A program made the translations under genes and the position numbers. A DNA stretch of 63,847 nt, the filler included, from Licmophora abbreviata (taxonomy: Eukaryota): the NCBI GenBank assembly GCA_900291995.1. It is 7 parts of 7 records of this genome, joined end to end, with 100 filler letters (N's around TTAATTAATTAA, not from the genome) between each part and the next. Parts side by side here need not be neighbours in the genome. Positions count along the whole stretch, not along the records: positions 1 to 20,233 come from OLMU01001714.1; 6 more parts are not named here. One strand, written 5' to 3'. Under the pieces are notes generated by a model, which saw nothing but the letters and a program-made list of their open reading frames with translations, had not been told where the DNA came from and ran no database searches. How positions within the stretch are numbered: the first letter of the stretch is position 1; every line of letters starts with the position of its first letter. Of this stretch, positions 11,493 to 20,333 are shown one piece after another.

Positions 11493-12430
11493 ATGGTGCT
11501 ACTCAAACGATATCTTCCAGTCTTGCTAGTGACGATCGGACTCGCCTATCATGACGTGGTGTCGGCATTCTCGCCGCCGGCCGCTGTTCCTCGCTTACAC
11601 AGTCAGCGGCACTGTTTCCACACAGTGTGTGCTGCCTCGAGCAATGAGAATCAAGAGCAATCTGCATTGTCGAGACGAGAAATGATCTCAGTCGGATTTT
11701 CAGCCGCACTAGTGACGATTGGAAGCACCACCCCGCTCCCGGCGAATGCATTCGTCAACAAACTCAGTGACAAGTACGACGATCGACCCAAGCGACGGGG
11801 ACCGCAGGTGAGAGATCGAGAAAGTCTATGACTTTCTGCAACAAGGAAAAAAAAGTGATACCGGACCCCTATGCTCACTCTTCTTCGTGTGGTACACAGC
11901 CCAAAGATTTAGGCGTCGCCACTCGTACCGACATGGTTGGTGAGCAGTACTCGGGTTTGAAAAACTGCGGAGCGGCTCCCAACTGCTTTTGTTCGACCGA
12001 CAATATCGAAGATGATCCCGAGCACAATATTCCCTCCTGGACATGGCCACAGGATCTCGATAGATCAGCGGCTTTCGCTGATTTGAAACAAGCCATTGAC
12101 AACTACAAGCCTGGACAAGGCAATATTGACGGCGGTGGGTTTCAAATTGTCAAGTATGATCCGGATAAGGGGTACATGTATGTTCAATTTGAGAGTTTGA
12201 AACAGGGCTATATCGATGATGTCGAGTTTGCTTACGTCGAGGGCAATAGTGATCAGCAGGATGTGCAAGTGCGATCCAGTAGTCGGGTCGGATACTTGGA
12301 CTTTGGAGTAAACGCAAAGCGACTGAATTTCATTGCCAGGGAGATGCAATCGAAAGGATGGAATGCGCCAGGTGTCTCGCTTTCTACTCATCCAGACTAT
12401 GCCATGCAGAACAATGTTCAAGATAGATAA
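11493..12430 (+). CDS. DUF1499-family thylakoid lumen protein (intron 11808-11899)
   Basis: VSA-FSPP bipartite site, RR-x-hydrophobic-ANA Tat signal, [41 protein letters not shown]. Confidence 0.88.
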
Positions 12431-12915
12431 CCTACACCGGTATGACTCGACTCATCTCTAGCTATTGCGATGGCTACTGCTTTTACGAGTGAGAATAGAT
12501 AGTCGCAGTCTTTTCTTCCTCTCAAGCTTGGACGAAAAGACTGCTACTGGAGCCTACAAAGTTGACTTCGATCCCATCGGCGTCGCACATATTACAGTGG
12601 ATAGGCGAAACTCTAGAAACCATCATATGAATCGGGGGAGACGAATGTTTCCGGGTCTTTGACACAAACCTATCGTTTTAAAACTCTAAATGTTTACTAT
12701 CTAGGTATACTTTATTACTAATAACGCTTGGGTGAGGCGATCGAGAGCTTTTCTTGAAGTTCAATCCCGCCTGAGCATTTGTGGGCCTGTGTGGTTCGTC
12801 GATCTTGTTTACCACACGGATCCTTCTCGTGCACAGTAGTGTGAACAGTGAACATCTCGACGCTCCCATCACTATTGCTCACAATTTGCAAACAACATTA
12901 TCTAAATCAAACATC

Positions 12916-13867
12916 ATGGGACAACATATCAGCACAAAGACATCCGAAATGAAAGGGCCCACAGCAGGTCCAGCGCCACTGGCGCCATCCTCAATTTCCA
13001 ACACCCTTGCACTCGGGGCTGGGTGTTATTGGGGCACCGAGAAGTACATTGTCAAAGGTTCGTGAAGTCGGATGTGTTTGTTGCGCCGAAAGCTGTGCCT
13101 GGGAGGTGGTAGAGCCCTCTTGTCTTCCGTGTAAACTAATTTATCTCTCCCGCGAATGATTGATGACAGATTTCCAGATGAAGTTCCCGAAAAGCATCAA
13201 GAAAGCAAAGGTGGGCTTCATGAGTCCCAACCCAGATGCCACGATCAAGAATCCAACTTACGACCAGGTTTGTTCGGGGAAGACTGGTCATGGTAAGCAA
13301 CATGAGCTCTTTTTCAGGCGTTTAGCTTGCTCCAACTCACCGGCGTCTTGTCTACATTGCAGTCGAAGTACTCTATGTAGAGCTCAACAAACCAAAAAAA
13401 CATTTTGAGGAATTGATTCGTTTCTTCTTCATGTTTCATGATCCGACGACCAAGAATCGACAGGGCAACGACTATGGTTCTCAGTATGCATCGTTCGTCT
13501 TTTGCGGCGACGACGAACAGATTCGGATAGCCCAGCGTGTCAGAAATGAGCTACAGACAGCGATGGACGAGGGGCGAGTTCGAAAGTTTTCGAAAAAGAC
13601 CATTACAACCAAGATCGGGCCCATTATGGAATTTACGGAGGCACTCGCAGCGCACCAAGAATACTTGGCCAAGAACCCGAATGGATACTGGTGAGTTCTT
13701 AGTGATTCAGCTATTTCGCGTATGTAGTCTGTTGGGGCTCATGCAGCCTGTTGATTTCCTTCTATTGATCTTGCAGCAATCACTACATGCGATTGAAGCA
13801 TTGGCCTGCTGTGGAGACGCCAAAGTTGGAACCATCAGATGAAGAGACCACCCAAGAGACACAATAG
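12916..13867 (+). CDS. msrA: Peptide methionine sulfoxide reductase A (introns ~13058-13169, 13293-13362, 13691-13777)
   Basis: GAGCYWGTE, NPTYDQVCSGKTGH-VEV, HDPTTKNRQGNDYGSQYAS, HQEYLAKNPNGYC after splicing. Confidence 0.92.
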
Positions 13868-14694
13868 AATGGCGGAAAGTAGTAGCAGCTCAGATTTTTC
13901 ATACATGGCCGTCGCTTCTCTTCTAGTAGAGCCTAGTCTGTTGCGGTGCTACGGCTCTCGCTATGTGCTGATATTGAACATGCTAAGACTAATGTTGTAG
14001 GTATCGTACGACGTATTTCGGATTTGGGAAGTCTTTCGTCGGCATATTTTCTCGCTCTTTTTAACGGTATCGTCCCGGAGAATAGAACGATGAGAATCCA
14101 ATCGAATCTTCCGACCAAAGTCGACTCACTCGACTCTGACTACTCCGAACAGCGCAGAACTCTCAGTAGACTTTCTACGCATTCCTACACGTTGGTTCAC
14201 GCGAGAATCTTGAAGTAGATCAGAATTCAAGGGCGTGAGGTGACATGGGCACATCACTTTTGTTCTCTATCATTGCTTTTCGTCACTCTGCTGTTCACAA
14301 CGATCAAAAGACTCAACATTTCACTGGGTAATAATAGCTTCATGACGCTGGAGTGATTTGCGGCGCGGGTTTGATCGAAATTGAGTCACTAGCAGAGATA
14401 TACCGAGAATTTCCATCCCAAGCGACTGACCACTGGACGTTGTGTCCCGTGAGAGACGTCAAGCACATCGACTCGTTACTACGAATAAATATCCGACATT
14501 TCTCCAATCCACATTGCCATCTGCATACTCTGAAGCATTAACTCAAGCATGAGTATCGAATCGCTAAGCTCTTCTACCGAAGAGAAGAAACAAGAGCTCG
14601 ATCCATCTGATTCTCTCGAAGAACATTTCAGCGACGAAATCTTCCCATTCGCTTCGGAACACTGGCATGAAACCATTTCACAGTCAGACAAGCC

Positions 14695-17600
14695 ATGGTG
14701 GACGACGATGGTCGATTGACTGCTCCTGTACAAATACCACACCAAGGGTCGCTTTGCCGCATGGACTCCAACGACTCGACCCAATCACCGCTTTCATATC
14801 GATACACTATCGAAATTTCACTAGAAAATGGGGACTATCACGAATTGTGGTTTGAGCGACATGAACTGGAGCTCATGACGAGACTTTTTTCCATCCTTGA
14901 TACGGAAAGTAGAGGATCGGTGGCGAGGGCCGAGCTGCAGGAATTTGTCACTCTCCGCTGTCCTGTTTTCTGGAGGCGAGACGAAGACCTTCGCAGACTG
15001 AATTCAACAAGTGGTCAAGAAAGGACCACTACAAGTAACCCTACATTCGATGAAGTCTGGACAGGCGTCGCTAGTTGCAGCAAGAATGCTTTGCCAAACC
15101 TATCCAGCTCAATGCTTCGACGTGTGGAGCTCGGGGTCGAAGGCTGGATGGTGTTCTGCCGATTTATCGCTCTTGCTCAATATCTGGAGGCCAAACGCCA
15201 GTTCTCCGCACGACATTTACAGCAAACCATGCGACATCGAAACTCGCCGAGAGGCAGTGAGATGGTGGTTGTCGACGTTCCACCGCCAGCTTCCCCAACC
15301 CTGCTATGTGCGAACGAACTAGCGGACTACGAGAGGAATGGCAAGGGGTCCCTACCTCTCCCGGAGCTTGATTTGGACCACAGTCTCGTAGCTGCACATG
15401 ATGCTTTTCGCCGTCGGACGTCTACCTATGGGTGCGCCGGTACTGTAGCTGTTTCCTTGTTCGGATCCTCTCCGGACCCATCACATCAGAGTTTACCATC
15501 AACCTCTGAAAATTCGACACCTACGCTCGACTTTACAGTCACGTACACTCCACGAAGCGCTTCAATCGAAAGCACTGTAGTGCGCCGCTCATTTGGGGAC
15601 ATGAAGTGGCTAAACGACACGTTCACGTCGCACAAAGTTCTGGGAGGAACGCTTTGTGGTCGAATCCTTCCCCCGTTCCCTGGATCTAGTGCAAATGTTT
15701 TGACAGCGCATTTGAAATCGGAAAAAGGAACTCTTCAGTCTGCCATTGGGAGCAGCAAGAGAGGGACTATCGCGGCGGCGGTGGCAGGCGTTGATGTGTT
15801 AACGAGTGCCGCCAAGTCCATTTGGGGAAGCTACATTTCGTACTCAATCGCCAAGACAACTCCGCCAACCGGAGATCCGTCGACCGTTGGTTCACCTCAC
15901 GTAAGCGGAAAGACCGTTGGTTCACCTCACGTAAGCGGAAAGAATGTGCGTCCAAGTCTCTCATTACCCGAAAGTTACTACAATCCAAACTCTCCTGTTT
16001 GGAAGGCACGGCAGCTACAGCGATACCTGAATTATCTTCTCGAGCACCCCGCGCTCTCCACATCGTTTCCTCTTAACACGATCCTCAAGGCGAGTCAGTC
16101 CGGACTGGATGCGGCCAAAGTATCTGTTGCAGATCATGCGAGAGCGACGAGGCAAACCCGATCCTACATTCCACAGCTTGTTGAAGGGAAGTTTCCGATC
16201 CCGTTTTGGACGCACAACTCACCATCGCCATCGCAGCCGACCAACCTGTCGTGGGTGCGCACTGCCGCCCAGGCTGCCATGGCTCTGAAGGTGCACGGTA
16301 TCTTGGAAACGACTGGACTTCCATCCGCAAGTGCTCGATTACAACATGCGTCTTTGCCCACATTCGACAACTCATCGTCGCGCAAGGCTGTTTGGGCCGA
16401 CGAAGAAAACAGGCAACGGCGGGGTCATTCTGCGCGAGAGGACAAGGAGCGGACGTCTTCGCGTGACTCTGACGATCCGGAGAGCTTCGAGCACGGCGTA
16501 GTGCACGTGGACAGCGAATTGAAAGGTGACGATTTGGACGACGGTAATCGCGATCTGTCTGGTGATGATGACGGGTACGATTTGCTCCCGCTTCCAGTTC
16601 CAGCGCCAGAAAGGCGGATCCTCTGCGCTGGTAGCAACAAAACGAGGGAAAACCGGCATCCCTCGGATACACTTCGACAAAACAGACACGTTTCTGGCAT
16701 TGCCACCGATGACGTAAAGCAGCCTCGCTTTCACTATGGAACGTCCCATCCTAGGCAGCACCTTGATTCAAGTGACAACAGCCAGCTGCAGCCAGCATTC
16801 CTTGGTGAGTTCTCTGTTGACGATAATATTGACAAGCTGCGCGAGGTCATCGGCTCTGTGGACAGCACGTTGTCGAGGTGTCTCACAGCTAGCGCCGGGA
16901 TCGGAGGCGCGCGACGAAAGCTTCACACACTGCACCTCGATCTGGTTCGCGGTTTCGATTCGTGGGAAGGAATGCGTGGACAGTTCATAACGCAGCGCTC
17001 CATGCTAATTGGAGTTTCTGGCCTCGAGCTGAGTAGGAACATAAACGAGGAAAGTGACCTGAACATTATTGATGGTAAGTTATTGGTGAATGTCAACTCC
17101 TATCATCTGATAAAAACACGAGCTAACATCGCTGTGTTCTTTCTGTGTAAAGATGTATCATGGCAAACGTCCTTGGCAAGATCTGCCGTGTCGGCCGCAG
17201 AAGACGTCCGCTCCACCGTCCGTGCTGCTAGGACAGCAGCCAATGCAAAGGCTGCCGCGGACGCAGCTGCGTTTGCAGCACAGAGCGCATGCGATACTGG
17301 AAACTTCCCCGGCATAGATGAGGCTAGAGCTGCACAGACGAGATCTTCCGTTGCCCAGAGCCATGCTATTCATGCAACAGTCGTTGAACATGAAGCCAAC
17401 ACAGCAAAAAAGCAAGCGGCTCTTGCTTTGGCACATGACGTCAAATGCTGGAATGTCCATCGCAAGCGTGAACTTCTCCGGGCATGCCTTGCGCATGCCC
17501 AATCGCAGCATGAAGCGTCACACAGCGCATCCGATGCGTGGTCGTGTCTACGAGATGGCTTCGTTTGTCCTTCTACCATTGCGTTCACCGAAAGTAGACG

Positions 17601-18162
17601 AGTCAGCTCTGGGGGCGAGCGCCCACCCATCAAATCGCCAAATTCAATGCTGATGTCGGAGGAGGACGTCCCGATTCCGCCTCGTAAGGCTCAATCAGAT
17701 GCTCCGGAAGTTTCACTTCGACAGCCACCACATCCTCCTCTGACCGCACAAGAGGAAGAGCCCAAGGCTGTGATCTACTCGGACCTGGGATCAGAGCAAA
17801 CAACGAACGGCGAGCCGGCGATCGTTCCTATCGACCACGACCTCCTTGGGCTGGCTTCTCCTCCTGCTAGTCTTGGTGGCCTACCTAGCCCATCTACGTC
17901 AGAGTCACATCACGATCCATTCTCGGATGCTCTGGAGGTCGAACATGACGACATGATGCCTTTCGCATCAGAGTCCAATGACATAAGTGGAGAGTCGGGA
18001 GATACCGGAGAGAACGTCCTGAGCGCTTCAATGCAGAGTTTGGTAGACGGCCTGATGTCTTGGGGTGGCCAGTACGATGCAGATGAAGACCTTGCGCTGC
18101 CAATGGGAATGGCGGCAGATATCGCGTTCGAAGAGCGCGTCGCTGCTAAGCCAGATGAATAA
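14695..18162 (+). CDS. Large PX-domain (sorting-nexin-like) protein with N-terminal EF-hand-like loop and C-terminal helical/BAR-like region; probable in-frame intron 17075-17152
   Basis: DTESRGSVARAEL EF-like loop; VRRSFGDMKWL...ILPPFP...RQLQRYLNYLLEHPALS PX motif; Ala-rich helical C-terminus; gtaagt...ctaac...aag 78-nt intron. Confidence 0.7.
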   Translation: MVDDDGRLTAPVQIPHQGSLCRMDSNDSTQSPLSYRYTIEISLENGDYHELWFERHELELMTRLFSILDTESRGSVARAELQEFVTLRCPVFWRRDEDLRRLNSTSGQERTTTSNPTFDEVWTGVASCSKNALPNLSSSMLRRVELGVEGWMVFCRFIALAQYLEAKRQFSARHLQQTMRHRNSPRGSEMVVVDVPPPASPTLLCANELADYERNGKGSLPLPELDLDHSLVAAHDAFRRRTSTYGCAGTVAVSLFGSSPDPSHQSLPSTSENSTPTLDFTVTYTPRSASIESTVVRRSFGDMKWLNDTFTSHKVLGGTLCGRILPPFPGSSANVLTAHLKSEKGTLQSAIGSSKRGTIAAAVAGVDVLTSAAKSIWGSYISYSIAKTTPPTGDPSTVGSPHVSGKTVGSPHVSGKNVRPSLSLPESYYNPNSPVWKARQLQRYLNYLLEHPALSTSFPLNTILKASQSGLDAAKVSVADHARATRQTRSYIPQLVEGKFPIPFWTHNSPSPSQPTNLSWVRTAAQAAMALKVHGILETTGLPSASARLQHASLPTFDNSSSRKAVWADEENRQRRGHSAREDKERTSSRDSDDPESFEHGVVHVDSELKGDDLDDGNRDLSGDDDGYDLLPLPVPAPERRILCAGSNKTRENRHPSDTLRQNRHVSGIATDDVKQPRFHYGTSHPRQHLDSSDNSQLQPAFLGEFSVDDNIDKLREVIGSVDSTLSRCLTASAGIGGARRKLHTLHLDLVRGFDSWEGMRGQFITQRSMLIGVSGLELSRNINEESDLNIIDGKLLVNVNSYHLIKTRANIAVFFLCKDVSWQTSLARSAVSAAEDVRSTVRAARTAANAKAAADAAAFAAQSACDTGNFPGIDEARAAQTRSSVAQSHAIHATVVEHEANTAKKQAALALAHDVKCWNVHRKRELLRACLAHAQSQHEASHSASDAWSCLRDGFVCPSTIAFTESRRVSSGGERPPIKSPNSMLMSEEDVPIPPRKAQSDAPEVSLRQPPHPPLTAQEEEPKAVIYSDLGSEQTTNGEPAIVPIDHDLLGLASPPASLGGLPSPSTSESHHDPFSDALEVEHDDMMPFASESNDISGESGDTGENVLSASMQSLVDGLMSWGGQYDADEDLALPMGMAADIAFEERVAAKPDE
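15882..15943 (+). repeat. Perfect 30-bp tandem duplication (TVGSPHVSGK x2)
   Basis: gaccgttggttcacctcacgtaagcggaaa occurs twice in tandem. Confidence 0.95.
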
Positions 18163-18636
18163 ACAATATCAGAATACTTCATTAGTACAGTGTCTGATAA
18201 CCTACATTATCGTAATATTCTCTCTATGCCGCCCCGAACAGAAAGAATGCGCGATGGCAGAAGCCCATACGGCACATTGTTTTCCTTTCGTAGTCTATGC
18301 CGCGCTGTACTTCAAGTGTTTCCATAAGGCTTTTTTTACACAGCGAGCTTCTTCGTAGTATCTTGTCTAATCTCAAGCTAGCGATTCGTTGACGCTCACA
18401 GAGCTTCCCGCAAAACCTGCTCGGGCTGAACTCTCGTTCTCAACGTTCGACCCAAAAAGTCTCGCAGCGCGCGGAGCTCGTCCTCGATGCTCGAAGATGT
18501 TCCGAATTGAAATGTGTGGTTTAGATTTAGAACCCACGGCACACTTTCTGCGATCACAACACCACGACATTCAACACTGCCCTTGTGAGTTGTTCTTTCG
18601 TGAGAGCGCACTTTCACTCTACGCTTTCGGTCTCAT

Positions 18637-19629
18637 ATGCGCACTTCCTTTGCAAAGATTGTGTCTGCAACAGTATTGGCAACAAGACAGTCTAACATCA
18701 GTAAATCTGCTCTAACCATCAGTATGTCAACCACCGCCGCGTCGGCATCTGCCGTGAACAACGACAACGAAGAATATGTTCCTCCCAAAGTATGGAATTT
18801 TGACGCCGAGAATGGAGGCAAATGGTCCAAGATCAATCTACCCACTGCAGGATCCAGATTCGACAAGGAGCTTGCACTTGGGAAGCACCCCCTGCAGCTA
18901 CACTCATTGGCAACCCCAAATGGCGTCAAGGTGACGATTCTACTAGAAGAACTGCTACAGGCCGGGGTCACAGGCGCGGAATACGATGCCTGGCCTATCA
19001 GCATCTCGAACGGAGATCAATTTTCTTCTGGCTTCGTGGCAATCAACCCCAACTCTAAGATTCCTGCCTTGATGGACCGCAGCGATCCGGAGAAGCCGGT
19101 CCGACTGTTTGAAAGCGGGTCGATTCTCTTGCATCTCGCGGAAAAGCATGGCAAGTTCCTCCCCAAGGACCCATCAGCGCGTGTCGAAGCTCTGAACTGG
19201 CTTTTTTGGCAAATGGGCTCAGGCCCCTTCGTTGGTGGGGGCTTTGGCCACTTTTATGCCTATGCGCCCAAGAAGTTCCAATACCCGATTGATCGTTTTG
19301 CCATGGAAGTCAAACGACAGCTCGATGTACTGGACCAGCACCTCGCGACACATACCTACATGGCGGGCGACGAGTATTCGATTGCTGACATGGCCATCTG
19401 GCCCTGGTATGGCATATTGGTACTTGGACGTTTGTACGATGCTGCAGAGTTTCTCGAAGTAGCGAGATACACGCATGTCGTGGCATGGGCCCAGAAGATC
19501 GACGAGCGACCGGCCGTCAAACGTGGGCGAAAGGTGAATTGCTCGTGGGGCGAACTGAGTGATCAACTCCACGAACGTCATGATGCTTCTGATTTTGAAC
19601 TCAAAACACAAGACAAGCTCCAGCAGTGA
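18637..19629 (+). CDS. yghU: Nu-class GST / glutathione-dependent disulfide oxidoreductase, YghU-like
   Basis: YVPPKVW, GKHPLQLHSLATPNG, GAEYDAW, NPNSKIPAL, GGGFGHFYAYAP, QLHERHDASDF, collinear with enterobacterial YghU. Confidence 0.9.
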   Translation: MRTSFAKIVSATVLATRQSNISKSALTISMSTTAASASAVNNDNEEYVPPKVWNFDAENGGKWSKINLPTAGSRFDKELALGKHPLQLHSLATPNGVKVTILLEELLQAGVTGAEYDAWPISISNGDQFSSGFVAINPNSKIPALMDRSDPEKPVRLFESGSILLHLAEKHGKFLPKDPSARVEALNWLFWQMGSGPFVGGGFGHFYAYAPKKFQYPIDRFAMEVKRQLDVLDQHLATHTYMAGDEYSIADMAIWPWYGILVLGRLYDAAEFLEVARYTHVVAWAQKIDERPAVKRGRKVNCSWGELSDQLHERHDASDFELKTQDKLQQ

Positions 19630-19686
19630 TTGAATTTCATAGTAAGCACTCCAATTAGACAGTACAAAGGCTCTCTTCTAGCTTTA

Positions 19687-20226
19687 CTATGAACTGGTCT
19701 GCCTAGAGTTTTCAGATTTCTTTGCAGAGCCGCTCTTCCGCGCAGATTGCTTCTTGTTTGGCGTCGAGGCGTCGTAGGAGAACGACGACAGAGCTTCACT
19801 CAATCTAGACGCTTCTTCCTCTCTGGTGTCCAGCTTAAAACCAGAGCGCTCTAGTCGAGCATTCGTTTCTTTCGCTTGAATATTGAAAGCGGCCGTTTCC
19901 GCCGAACGATCGGCACCTCCCACATCACGGTCGTAGGCGACGGCAGCTGGTGGTCCGTATCGACGATGCATCAACGACGAGTCGCACGCGGAACACGAGC
20001 AACTCGCTCCGTGTACACACTGATTACAGGGACAATCCGATACATGATCTTGAACGTCGGTAATAAAGGCGACAGAAACAGTCCCTCCGATGAAAGCAGG
20101 GACCTTGGAGAGAAGAGAGCGACGCGTCGATGTCTGCAACGAGAGTGCCTCGACGAAATTGTCTTCGCAGGGCATGCACGACCATGTGGCCAACGACAAC
20201 ACGGCGGCTAGGAAACCTCGAGTCAT
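19687..20226 (-). CDS. Hypothetical plastid/thylakoid-lumen-targeted protein with Cys/His-rich insert
   Basis: Signal peptide, RRSLL Tat-like motif, hydrophobic stretch, PAAVA-Y cleavage-like site. Confidence 0.7.
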   Translation of the reverse strand: MTRGFLAAVLSLATWSCMPCEDNFVEALSLQTSTRRSLLSKVPAFIGGTVSVAFITDVQDHVSDCPCNQCVHGASCSCSACDSSLMHRRYGPPAAVAYDRDVGGADRSAETAAFNIQAKETNARLERSGFKLDTREEEASRLSEALSSFSYDASTPNKKQSARKSGSAKKSENSRQTSS

Positions 20227-20233
20227 GTCTCTC

Positions 20234-20333
20234 NNNNNNNNNNNNNNNNNNNNNNNNNNNNNNNNNNNNNNNNNNNNTTAATTAATTAANNNNNNNNNNN
20301 NNNNNNNNNNNNNNNNNNNNNNNNNNNNNNNNN
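20234..20333. other. Assembly spacer N44-TTAATTAATTAA-N44
   Basis: 100-nt N run with a six-frame stop linker. Confidence 0.99.

Noticed and set aside
13681..13790. Possible selenocysteine (TGA) in MsrA after GYW
   Set aside because: The TGA lies in the gtgagt donor; splicing gives TGC (Cys), and the active-site codon is TGT
13868..14548. Longest intergenic stretch, scanned for tRNA, snRNA, riboswitch or transposon ends
   Set aside because: No recognisable motif or terminal repeat seen by eye; an Infernal/Rfam scan would be needed to exclude an ncRNA
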